A program made the position numbers and the translations under genes. Positions 13,201 to 24,875 of a DNA stretch of 64,000 bases are shown piece after piece (position 1 is the stretch's first letter; each line of letters begins with the position of its first letter). The stretch lies in the NCBI RefSeq assembly GCF_036971445.1, contig NC_091475.1, forward strand, positions 150,102,001-150,166,000, written 5' to 3'. The notes beneath the pieces are model-generated. The model had not been told where the DNA came from, ran no database searches, and worked only from the letters and a program-made list of their open reading frames with translations. The DNA is from Narcine bancroftii. Its lineage: Eukaryota.

Positions 13201-14174
13201 CCAGCCACACCTCTGAGCACCTGAGCATGGATTTCAAGGGGCTCCTGGCCTCTTTGAACCACAACGTGTACTTCGTCGACATTATTGATGTGTACTCACG
13301 TTTCCCCCTTGCCATTCCCCGCCTGAACATGACCACTGCCACCGTCATTAAGGCCTTGTGCAACCTCTTCACCCTGTTTGGATACCCCTGCTATATTCAA
13401 AGCAACCAGGGTTCCTCCTTCATGAGTGATAAGCTGTACCAATATCTGCTAGGAGCAGGACCACCAGCTACAACCCCCGAGGGAATGACCAGGTGGAAAG
13501 GAGAATGCTATCATCAGGAAGAGGTCCTCCCTGAAGCGGTCCACATAATCTGGTCCCTCCTGAGCATCATCACCAATGCCACCCCACATGAATGGTTGTT
13601 TGCCTTACACAGGAAGTCCGCATCAGGGACCACATTGCCATCCTGGTTGATGTCCCTAGGGCCAGTCTTTCTCTGAAAGCATGTGAGAAGCCATAAGTCC
13701 AACCCACTGGTTGAATGGCAGACATGGTGTGCGCAGGAGACCTGGAACTCCGGCTGACTAACCAGTACATCCACCCACCATGATCATCCACTTTATTTCA
13801 TGTGACCCTACCCCTGCCCCAACTGTCTCAGTTCAGTTGCCAGGCACCCCACCCACCGACCACGACCAGACCATTCAGGAGTCAACAGCTGAGCCACAGA
13901 CAGAGCTACGATGGTCACAATGGTGAACAAGACCACCGGACAGACTGAATTTGTTATGGACATGGAACTCACTACCCCACTGGACTTCTTTTCAAATAGT
14001 GGATGAATGTGGTGAAACCATTGTTAATACTGTTTGTATGTGTATGGTTGGATCACCATAACCCCTCCCCCAGAACAAGCTCGGGTCTTGGGTCAACAAC
14101 ATGAGACATGCCTTCTGTTTATGGTAATAAAAGCCAGGTAACTTCTAATCTTTGGAGCTATTGATTGAGCCTCA
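10250..14174 (+). mobile_element. Degenerate Ty3/Gypsy LTR retrotransposon with two diverged LTRs (about 10250-10443 and 14008-14174)
   Basis: Gag zinc knuckle CSGCGKKGHY, protease LFDSGSTESFI, RT FSTIDLNSAYQQL, RNaseH SDASD, and integrase HLSMDFKG...SNQGSSFMS. The LTRs share ctcccccagaacaagctc...aataaaag...ggtaacttct. A purine-rich tract precedes the TG at 14008. Confidence 0.9.
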
Positions 14175-15089
14175 AAGAGATCTTGTCCTTATACCCTTGT
14201 TCTTTTCCTTTCACAGAACAGAAAAAAATGTTTGGTGATTTTCATGACACTCCTGCCATTTTCTTGCAATTTACAGCTGGCAAACAAGGTTTGTAATAAG
14301 GACCCATCACAATCCTCATTTAATCTCTGGGATGAGATGGCACACTTGTTACCAATTTTCAAGCATTCTGCAATTTTGGACCCGTTTTTTCCAGCCACTG
14401 AGATTAATGAATTATTAACACAATTGTATTCAAGAACACAATGAATTTGAAATGGGATTTTAGTTTTTTGCAATCAAACCTTCTATCAGTTACAGCGCAA
14501 TTCTAAGTGTAAAATCTGTAATCACTTGTCCTCAACACTAGGAAACTATGTTAGCCACATCAGTCAGCATTAAATAATCTTTTGTAACATTAGCATCTAG
14601 TATCTAGAAATTATAACTGATGGTAGTAACAGAATTAAATTAAAATGCATTAAATTTCAATGGAATACAAAACCCAAAGCAGATGAAGCTTGAGGCTTTT
14701 TTTAAATATTTGCACTTGCATTATTAATTTTGTGAGTCGTGTGCAATTACATCTGTTGACTGTGTGGGTGTGCTAATTTTGAATATTATGATGTACTGTA
14801 TATTTGAGCCCTCTTATCCAAACAAGATCAAGAACATCACTTGGGTGTTGAGGATATCTTTTGTCATGGTGTTCAGCAATGTAAGCAAACAGATTAAGAA
14901 TATCTGGAACAGAAGCATTCTCTCACTCTCTAATTAACTTCATACCAGCAGATCAATTCTAGTTGGATATAGAAAACAGAAACAGGCATACCTGAATCGA
15001 ACAAACCTACTTTAGGCATCTGTTCTTGCAATAATATGTATACAATTGAAATAAACTTTTTAATCATTTCACCAATCATAATTTTTTCC

Positions 15090-18000
15090 AATTTTTTAAA
15101 AATTTTTTTAAATTTTTCACACCATAAACCACATTAACCATGATACACACTTTTTCCTTTTCAAACATATACAGTGCCATTTTCTCCCCCCCTCCCTCCT
15201 CCCATCCCACCCTCCCTACCTCCCCTCTCCCGTCCATTTAAAGTACAAAATCTAGGATACATTAAACCAGTCAAACAATGTTGTCATTCAATAAAAATAC
15301 ACAAGAAATTCCACTGAGTCAATTCTTTTCATTTCCTTCTCCTTCCGTTAATTTAGGTAGTGAATGTCCCCGGTAGGTTTTCGCTATTGTGTTTCATGTA
15401 AGGCTCCCATATTTGTTCAAATATTTCAATATTATTTCTTAAACTATATGTTATTTTTTCTAATGGAATACATTTATTCATTTCTATATACCATTGTTGT
15501 ATTTTCAAATGATCTTCCAATTTCCAGGTTGACATAATACATTTTTTTGCTACGGCTAGAGCTATCTTAACAAATCTTTTTTGTGCATCCTCCAAATCAA
15601 TTCCAAATTCTTTGTTTTTTATGTTACTTAGGAGGAAGATCTCTGGATTCTTTCTTTCTTTTTCAATCTTTTTATTATTATTATAATTTATAAACACATA
15701 CAGTTCAAAGAGATATAAAAAAATACATAGTAAGGAATGAATTAATACAGAGATATTAAACAATAATATTACAGAATAAAAATATATCATAAAAAAATTT
15801 TTTTTGATCAGTTTAGGGTGTGAACTATCTCTAAAAAAAAGATATAATTAATAACAATATATGAAAAAAGAGAAAAAAAACCCCAAAAAAGAAGAAAAAA
15901 CAAATCTGAATTAAAAAAAACTTTTAAAAAAACTTTTAAAAAAACTTACAGATATAGCTAAACCATGCCGATCACTCCGATCTCATCTTACAGCCCAATT
16001 ATCATACATAATCATAGAAAGAAAACAGAGCCAGATCAACTCACCACAAATGAAAATATTGAATAAATGGTCGCCAGGTTAACTCAAACTTAGAAGGGGA
16101 TTCATAGACAGAGTTTCTAATTTTCTCTAAATTTAAACATAGTATAGTTTGGGTAAACCATTGGAAAGCAGTGGGAGGATTTACCTCTTTCCAATTTAAT
16201 AGTATAGATCTTCTAGCCATTAGTGTAAGAAAAGCAATCATACGATCCGCAGGAAGAGATAAATAAGTCAAATCTATCATAGGTAATCCAAAAATTGCAG
16301 TAATGGGATGTGGTTGTAAATCAATATTCAAAACAGTAGATATAATGGAAAAAATTTCCTTCCAATAATTCTGTAAAGAGGGACAGGACCAAAACATATG
16401 TGTAAGGGAAGCTATTTCCAATTGACATTTATCACATATAGGATTGATATGAGAATAAAAGCGATGGAGTTTATCTTTAGACATATGAGCTCTATGAACA
16501 ACTTTAAACTGTATTAGTGAATGTTTTGCACATAGAGAAGAAGAGTTTACCAGTCACAGAATTTTATTCCAATTTTCATTAGAAATATGAAGGTTGAGTT
16601 CTCTTTCCCAATCATTTTTAAACTTTTCAAAAGTCCCAGAATTTATTTTTGTAATTATATTATATAATTTAGATATCACACCTTTTGGAGGGAATTTTGA
16701 ATATAGTATATCCTCTAAAACAGTCGTAGTCTCCCGATTGGGAAAAGAGGGTAAAGTCGAAACTAAGAAACTCCTAATCTGCAAATATCGAAAGAAATGA
16801 GATCGAGGTAAATCATATTTCATGGATAATTGTTCAAATGACATGAAAGAGTTATCCAAGAATAAATCTGAAAAGCATGTTATACCTTTAACTTTCCAGA
16901 GTAAATAAGCTTGATCAATTAGAGAGGGATGAAAAAGGAAATTTAGTACAATAGGAGTTTCCAAGATAAAATGACTTAGGCCAAAAAATCTCCGGAATTG
17001 AAACCATATACGTAGTGTATGTTTAGCCATTGGATTATCAATTTGTTTATATAATTTAGTAAGAGTAAAAGGGAGAGCAGCTCCCAAAATAGAGCTAATT
17101 GAAAAATTTTGTATCGGTTTAATTTCTAAATTTACCCAATGGGGATTTAGAGATGATTCTGAATAATTCAACCAATACCTTAAGTAACTAATATTAATTG
17201 CCCAGTAATAAATTCTAAAGTTGGGTAATGCCAACCCTCCCTCTAGTTTAGATTTCTGTAAATATTTTTTCCCCAATCTAGGATTCTTGTTTTGCCAGAT
17301 ATACGAGGACAATTTAGAATCGACCTTATCAAAAAAAGATTTAGGAACAAAAATAGGTATAGCTTGGAATATATATAAAAATTTAGGTAAGATCATCATC
17401 TTAATAGCATTAATTCGGCCTATCATGGATAGGGATAATGGTGACCAATTGGTAAGTAAACTGCCGATCAGGTCCAATAGAGGGAAAAAATTAGTCCTAA
17501 ACAAATCTTTATGTTTTTTAGTAATCTTAATCCCTATGGATTCTTTGGTATATTGTTTTCTGTAATTTTATTTAATATCTGATTTAGATCTTCCCAAAAT
17601 TTTTCTACTTTCTCACATGTCCAGATTGCATGAATTGTTGTTCCCATTTCTTTTTTACATCGAAAACATCTATCAGATACTGTTGGGTCCCATTTATTTA
17701 ACTTTTGAGGTGTAATGTATAGCCTGTGTATCCAGTTATATTGTATCATACGTAACCTCGTATTTATTGTATTTCTCATCGTTCCAGAACATAACTTCTA
17801 CCATGTTTCCTTTTTTATCTTTATATTTAAATCTTGTTCCCATTTTTGTTTAGTTTTACCATTTGTTTCCTCATTCTCCTTAATATACATATTTGTTATA
17901 AATCTTTTGATTATCATTGTATCTGTAATCACATATTCAAAGTTACTTCCCTCTGGCAAACTCAGACTGCTTCCCAATTTGTCCTTCAAGTAGGATCTCA
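15090..18000 (-). mobile_element. 5'-truncated L1 (element A; about 15090-15653 plus 17537-18000), interrupted by L1 element B
   Basis: The ORF2 C-terminal text ...ITENNIPKNP (17534-17779) continues as EIFLLSNIKNKEFG...CIPLEKITY (15353-15650). A G-tract 3' UTR and A-tail lie near 15090-15230. Confidence 0.9.
15654..17536 (-). mobile_element. 5'-truncated L1 (element B, different subfamily) nested in element A; TSD TGGATTCTTT
   Basis: Long open ORF2 segments 16554-17504 (GRINAIKMMILPKFLY...GGLALPNF) and 16041-16484 (CDKC...THMFWSC). The identical 10-mer is at 15644-15653 and 17537-17546. Confidence 0.92.
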
Positions 18001-18464
18001 AATTTGATAAATCTTTTTCATGTAAAGTGACACTAATGAAAATGAGCTTTTATATAGCCTATTTATAATGGAAATATCAAAACCATAACACAGAGACAGA
18101 GGTACTTGTTCTCAAATTAGGGCAAACCTCTATTGCTCTGTCTATTACATTCAGGTAATGGTACAAGTATGAAGTTAAGACTCTTGAAGGAATAGTTACC
18201 ACATATCTGATGCACACAGCTTCAAATTAATTAATTTGGAGGGATTTGTACTTCTAATACTCAATTATCACCATCAGTGATTTCTGGTGACTACAGGCAG
18301 TATAATCAGAAGCAAAAAACAAACTATTGGAGGACCTCAGTATCAGGCACCATCTGTGGAAGCAGAAGGATGGTCAAAATTTTAGATCATGACCCTGCAT
18401 TTAATTATTGTGACTGCAGTATGTGCTATTAAGGCTCTACACCATAGCAGTTTAATACTGCCAC

Positions 18465-18570
18465 CCATCAATATTCAGGTCAACGGTGGCTGCCGGCCTT
18501 TGTTGGCCTCTGGGGTTCTACATGCTGGGCTGCTTGTTGCAGTTACTGGGGTACCCTTCTCCACCCCTGA
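18465..18570 (-). mobile_element. Short fragment of the same Gypsy family as 35675-40208 (post-integrase tail)
   Basis: Close match to 36060-36165 (IQVNGGCRPLLASGVLHAGLLVAVTG versus IQVDDDCRPSLASGVLCAGLLVAVTG in the antisense frame). Confidence 0.8.
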
Positions 18571-19789
18571 AATACCACCACTGAAAAAGCCAAAGGTATA
18601 TCCTCATGAGAATACCATCTCCAGGTTAGTAACCATTATGTTGCAGACAAGCATCATCCTTCAACCATCATTACCAGGTTAAAATCCTGGAACATATATT
18701 GTGGGAACTCCATAATCAGGATCAGAATTCTTATAGCAAATTCAAAAAAAACTTTATTTATTTGTATGTGAGCCTGGAGAATGTGCTCAATCAAGGTAAT
18801 CAACCATATGGTCTCTGGATTGAATTTCACTGTTGAACTCGATCTTTGCTTTATCCAGATGCGCAAATCTGTTGGTCTGAGCCTGTGGGATGTGCAGTGA
18901 GAAATTAGCCCACCCAATCTGTATACATGGGTTAATTCAGTTAGTGATTGGATGGTTAGCAATTTATATTATCTTTACCCTGCCTTCACTGAATGTGAAA
19001 GCATTTCTTTTGGTTCATTTTTTTCTTTATCCCGCTCCATCACTGAAATTAGTCAATTCCGAACAATTTGTCTTTTCCGCAGTGGATCACAATTTAAGTA
19101 AATTAAAACAAAGAAAACCTCAAAAAATACAATGTCTTTGGGAAAGGTGTTTATTTGATAGTTAAAACCATGAAAAAAGTACAAAAGTATGAATTCTTAC
19201 ATCAAAATATCTTGCAATGACACAGAACATTCAATCCATCAATTCCATGCTGGCTCCCAAGGAGGAAATCCTATTCGTCAATATCACCTCACCTTATTTC
19301 GCTTTACTCCAAATCTCTATCGCACATGCCCATCAACTGCACTTTGATAATTTTTTTTTACAATAATGTATCATCACATCTTTGGAAACCAGAGCACACA
19401 GAGAAAATTACCCAGTTACTGAGAGAACTCTGTGTAGATAACACCTGAGGTTCAGAATGAACAGAGACAAAAGTAAGCTTCAGCTAAAATGTTAATAAAT
19501 ATTTATTTTCTAAATTAACTAGGTGGCTTCACAAACATTACCATTTCATTTTTTAGCTACTTTCTCTACAGTAATCCTCTTTAACTATTTACTTTATTTT
19601 GAAGCTTGTAAATATATTCTGCAGCATTCAAGATATCCTAACAAATGCTGTAAGATCTGCAGGCAGTTTAAAGGAATTTTTTTCTTAGTATTCTACAGTG
19701 GGTAAACAACACTGAGTATAATTAATAAAGCATTACTTCCATTTAGCATGGTAAGAAAATGACCATAGCATATTCAATGGGATAACTCT

Positions 19790-20710
19790 CATCACAAATA
19801 TTTTCATGGAACTTTTCTTGACCCTCAAATTATACGTAATTTTCTCTAATGGAGTTTGCGGAGGAGCTAGTGGAGTTGTTCAAGTGAACCGATACAGACT
19901 TGAAGGACCGACATGGCCTGTTTCTGTGCTGTAAACGGTTATATGGTTATAAATGGAATACAACTTTGAACTTCAGCATGCCACCTTTCTAAAGTTAGTG
20001 AGATGTTAGATTGCCTTGTTACAGTGACATATTTCCCTGCTATTACTAAAGCCAACTTAACAAATTTAAATTCAGAATATGATAACCACAATTCAGGGGG
20101 CGACACTTTCAAAGTTACCAAACAAGAATAATTCAGGATTTAGAGGAAAATCCAATCCCCATTATCTGTTGTAAAAGTTTCTGAATAGAAACGCCAAAAT
20201 AGATTGACCATTGTACAAGACCACGTAGAATTTTAAAAAGTTCCGATTTCTGTTCCACATCTAAAACATTGATCTGATAAATTCGATTTCCAACTATTTA
20301 ATTTCTGAGGAGTAATATACAATTGACGCAAACAATTATAATGAAGTATCTATATTGTACGTTAATAGTATTTGTCATAACTTCTTTACACAAATTTTGC
20401 CTATCTTGTTGTTTTATGGTGATATCTAAATCTCGTTCCCATTCTTCTTTTGAATTGAACAAACCTACTTTAGGCATCTGTTCTTGCAGATAATATGTAT
20501 ACAATTGAAATAAACTTTTTAATCATTTCACCAATCATAATTTTTTCCAAATTTGATAACTCTTTTAAAATCATTTTTCTGGTCCTAATTTCTCTCTTAA
20601 ATAAGCCCTCAACTGAAAATAACAAAATAATGTATTAATTAAGCATTAATTGATCAATCTATTATTGTCATAATGATCTCCCAATTTGGAAATTCCCTTA
20701 TGATACCATA
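19790..20710 (-). mobile_element. Old L1 ORF2 C-terminal fragment with a small SINE/CR1-tail insert at about 19855-19945
   Basis: KEEWERDLDITI...CKEVMTNTINVQYR and KLALVIAGKYV...WHAEVQSCIP motifs. Confidence 0.75.
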
Positions 20711-20724
20711 TTTTTTTTTTAAAA

Positions 20725-21175
20725 AAGCATTGTATTCCATTAGAGAAAAATACATATAATTTGAGGAACAAATATTTTTATTTTTCCAAATTTGGGGTCT
20801 GTAAACTGGATTTATGAAATTAAAATTATAAAATTTATTTTCATATTGTTCCTATTCCATGGTTTTCCCTGAAGAAATAATATAATGATTTTGTGATGTC
20901 TTTGAGGTCTCTGAGTATCAGCTGATCCAATCCAAATTAATTAATTGTGATTTTTTAAAAATGAAATATTTTGTATTTTAGTTCTGAGATTATAATAGGT
21001 TTTTTTTGGGGGGAGAGGGTGGAAGAGGTTTTAGTTTTAGTTTTTTTTTAGTTTTTAGATTTTTTATATCGTTTCAAAATATATTTGTTAACATTCTGTT
21101 ATGTAATTTTGTATATTATTCTCAATTATTTGATCTTATATATGTTGATTAAATAAAATATTTTTTAAAAACTTT
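20725..21175 (+). mobile_element. L1 3' end fragment
   Basis: CIPLEKNTYNLRN motif, G-tract, T-rich UTR and AATAAA at about 21152. Confidence 0.6.
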
Positions 21176-22899
21176 TTTTGAATTACCAGTCTGTGTTTTA
21201 AGTGCCAGGTCAACTGTTTATTCAGCTTTCAGCAATGAATGGAACAAGTAACACCTAGATTTTAGAACGTTCAAGTGGTCAGTCACAATTTCATTTACAA
21301 AATTCTATGTCTAACATTTTAGTTTTTTAAATTGTCTATACTGCCACAAATAAAAAGGGCATTTCTTTCAAGGATGGTTAGCAAATTCTAGATTTTACTT
21401 CATCATAAGAAATGAAAACTATGTAGGAATGATATAAAGGCAACATTCTTTTTATTACAAGAACTAAATGCATTATAAAACCAAAATGCTAAACTCTAAT
21501 CAAATTAACATTTGATTTAAAAACATTTTATAGGGAGGGACATCTTTGAAAAAGAAACATTACAAACATGTGAGCTAGTAAAACTGCATTGAAATCAGGC
21601 CTCAAAAGTCTCAAGGGTGTAATAAATAACTGTTTATATTAGTATTTCTACAAGGGATGAAATCTATTCTTAGTGCAACTCTACTTAAAAATCTTGTTCA
21701 GACCAATTGTCCCAATACAATATTAATCTGAAACTGTTTTCCCAGTGACTGGCACAGGTTACCTAATCTAAAGTAGACTGCAATTCATTTACTTCACAAC
21801 ATGAAATGCCGATAAATATCCTAATGTTATAAAATAACAGAAAGCAGTATGTTTTTTTAGCACCAGTAATCAAAACACTTTTATAATATTATCATTTTAT
21901 AATAATCACCGGAGTGTCATTAAGCCAACAGATATAATTAATTTGAAGAGTAGTTTTTTTTTTCTTCACGCACTTGCTCAAGTTGGAAAGCAACACTTTT
22001 TACAATGCAAAGCTGTCGCACCCTCAATAATTGGTGAAAATAGTAAAAGGATGTCGCCTTTGGATGTTTTAATTGTCTTGACAAAATAAATAACTAACAT
22101 GATCTGTAATTACATGAATTACTTCCCAGCTTTAAGTGGCTGAAATGGAATAATTCTATTAATTTCATGATTTACTAAGTTCAATCCAGAATCACAGGAA
22201 AAAAAAATACTGGATGAAGCATGATTTGTGGCAAAGCTGCACATATCATCTTGTAATTTGCAGAAACCCATGGGGCAGTGTATGTAAACCACAAGTTCCT
22301 ATTTTATAAATTAATAATAGAGAATACAGTTGGTGCAGTACCTTTATGACACATATGTCAAACAATATCCATGAGGATAGAAATTGTAGCAAAATGCAAG
22401 CTTCTACAGCTCCTGGCTGTATATGAAATTCAGAAATGCTCCCAAGTTTATTTTTAAACAAAATTAGTGTCCGGCAGCAGCAATGCATGGCAACACAATA
22501 CTTGCAGCTTGCATTTGAGCTGCACCCTGCCAAACCTGTGGCAAATGGAGGGGTGGGAAGAAATTCCCGAAATTTTCCTCTGCAGTGAACTAGACAGACC
22601 TGCTCACGCCAATTCATTTCATCAAGGACCTTACTGGATATTAACAACATGATGTATCTTCGTTGTGAAGTCAATATTTTGTGGTCATTTTTCAGCAATC
22701 ATTTCTAGTTTTAAAAAAAAAATAAACGTTGGCCTTAACTTCAGTACTTCATTAGTCTTCTTCATAATTAAATAATGTGAACTGAAAGAACTATGGTCTT
22801 TGGGAAGAAACATCCATAAGTTTGGTTCAGCAATACCAGTGCATATTGACAATGAACAGTACTACCCGCCATCAGAAAGATGCCACCTGCCCAGCACAA

Positions 22900-24171
22900 T
22901 CACTGAAACCAAGCGTCCAGATTTGAGATGACCTTGTGTTGCTTCCCAGCCCTTTGGACCGCCTCGCAGACTTTGCAGTACTGCTCGCCCCAAAACTTTG
23001 TCAGGTGCACATTGTAGTGCCTTTTCCACTGGAAATATTGTTCATATCGTGCCCTGTTTTCATCCAAATACATCAAATACTTGGCCAGCTTCCTGGGAGT
23101 GGAAAAATCCTCGACATGAATGAAAGAATCGGCCGGGATGAACAGCTCATAGTTGGCTCTGCTGGGTCCCAAAACCACGGGCACGGCGCCGGATAAAAAA
23201 GCGTTCCTCCAGAGTTTTTCGGTAATGTAATCCACATGCTGCGAATTTTCGAAAGCCAGATAAAACTTATACGGCGAGACGGTTTGGACCACGTTGTCGT
23301 TTTTCAGATCCAGCCCAGACCTTCCATACACGTCAATGTCCACATACTTCTTGAGCTGGTTGTAATATTTAACCCGTGCGTGCTCATCATTCCAGTTGCT
23401 CAGGACCCAGGCGACCAGTTTCGTTTTCTTGGGCACCACGACCCTGCGGCTCTTCTCTCTGGGATAGAGGTACCCGTAAGGAATGAAGAGGTCAGACCCA
23501 CGTCTGTAAGTCATGGTCCAGTTGAAGATGCCGTCCAGTCCCTCGAGCCGGGAAGAGTGAGTGGGAGACTCGAAATTCATCCACACCCATCTCTGAGAAA
23601 GAAGTCTCCGTCCCGAGGGCAGGGCATGGAGGTTACGTTCCAAATCTCGGTGATGGATGATCACCGCCTGCGAAACCGGGTACAGCCGCCGGTCTGTGGT
23701 CAAGTGGCAGCCGTTGATGTTGGAGAGAGCCTCGCAATTGGCGAACTTGGGTTCCCTGCCGAACGGAGGCCACCAGATGAGCACCGTCACCCTCGGCGCA
23801 GAGCTTCGAGCCCCGACTCCTTCCTGCCAGCCGTACGTCCGACTCACTCGAAAGAACTCCCGCACAGTCAAGTACGTGGTGAACATGACACTAACGGAAG
23901 CAGCTAAGGAGAGCCGTCGGCACCAACTTCGGCGCATCGTGTGGCCGCATAATCTAAACCTTGGGGCGACAGCAAATCTCAAACGCGCTCCGTCAAAGAA
24001 TGGGGAAAGCAGGTCCTCTTGGAAGGGCTGCGATCCGCAGCGCCGGGGGAATCGGCCTGCCCGGCGCCCTCGCCAACCGTTCGGTTCACATAGGAGATAA
24101 AGGTCGCAGTTTCCCCGACAAGTTCCTGACGTGGCACCACCCATCGGAGAAGAGGGAGGTGGTGTTGACAT
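22900..24171 (-). CDS. FUT4: Alpha-(1,3)-fucosyltransferase 4-like (GT10), intronless CDS; 423 aa from ATG 24171 or 345 aa from ATG 23937
   Basis: GT10 motifs IIHHRD, WVWMNFESP, FNWTMTYRRGSD, YKFYLAFENSQHVDYITEKLWRNAF and VPVVLGP. A type II signal-anchor follows MRRSWCRR. The ORF is intact. Position and orientation relative to ANKRD49/MRE11 match human FUT4, which favours FUT4 over FUT7/FUT9. Confidence 0.9.
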   Translation of the reverse strand: MSTPPPSSPMGGATSGTCRGNCDLYLLCEPNGWRGRRAGRFPRRCGSQPFQEDLLSPFFDGARLRFAVAPRFRLCGHTMRRSWCRRLSLAASVSVMFTTYLTVREFFRVSRTYGWQEGVGARSSAPRVTVLIWWPPFGREPKFANCEALSNINGCHLTTDRRLYPVSQAVIIHHRDLERNLHALPSGRRLLSQRWVWMNFESPTHSSRLEGLDGIFNWTMTYRRGSDLFIPYGYLYPREKSRRVVVPKKTKLVAWVLSNWNDEHARVKYYNQLKKYVDIDVYGRSGLDLKNDNVVQTVSPYKFYLAFENSQHVDYITEKLWRNAFLSGAVPVVLGPSRANYELFIPADSFIHVEDFSTPRKLAKYLMYLDENRARYEQYFQWKRHYNVHLTKFWGEQYCKVCEAVQRAGKQHKVISNLDAWFQ

Positions 24172-24610
24172 TCACTCACAGGTTTAGGATTACTTCAAGG
24201 TGGCTGCGAGGAGTAAATGCGTCCAGGATGCATTCCCCGACCCCCCTCCCTCCCACAATAAAACCGGGAGCGCTTTACTGTCTCGATGCGATTCTCCTGA
24301 GATATTTAAGGGACACCAATGAATGTTACAATGTGGCCAGTGCTTTGGTAGCGGACTTTTGGGAGGCGGGCGCTGGGAAGCCGTCGAATTCGTTGCAGCT
24401 CCTGACCGAGAGACGTGATAATAAAATGCTCTTTTCGTCTATTTATCAGAAAGTGTTGCCATTTCTTCTGCTCAGAAAGTGGGTGGGTGCAACCCTCAAA
24501 TTGGGACGCCTTTTAAAAACGCCTACATTCCGAATGCTCATTTCTGCCTCAGGCCGACTTCCAACAATAAAACGGCAAGCGCTGGAATCTGAAACAAAGT
24601 CCGTGACTCC
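23100..24610. promoter_or_regulatory. CpG island over the FUT4 5' region and CDS
   Basis: Marked rise in GC and CpG content compared with the AT-rich flanks. Confidence 0.7.
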
Positions 24611-24875
24611 CTAGTCCTCGCCTTCCTTCCCACCAATTGCCCCCTTGATACCTCCCCCTGTAACCACAAGAAATGCTACACTTTTGCCCACACCCCCTCC
24701 CTCACTGCCACTCCTCCCTCAGTTATTCCAAGTGAAGCAACACTTCACTTGTGAATCTGCAGGAGTCATCTTCTGCATCCAGTGCTCCCTTCTACATCGG
24801 AGACACTGGTGGTGGACTCGGAGATCGCTTCATTGAGCACCTTGGCTACATCTGCTGCAATAGTGGAGATCTCCC
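24610..24875 (+). mobile_element. Penelope-like element fragment (GIY-YIG endonuclease region)
   Basis: FQVKQHFTCESAGVIFCIQCS followed by LYIGDT...LGDRFIEHL across frameshifts. Confidence 0.75.

Noticed and set aside
16041-17504. Long open ORFs as a possible host or domesticated gene
   Set aside because: They are the ORF2 C-terminal half of a young 5'-truncated L1 bounded by a TSD.
22246-22698. 150-aa minus-strand ORF downstream of FUT4
   Set aside because: Non-ATG start, no motif, and it lies in the probable FUT4 3' UTR.
23236-24614. Long plus-strand ORFs (223, 147 and 217 aa) overlapping FUT4
   Set aside because: Antisense shadows of a GC-rich coding region/CpG island, with no recognisable domains.
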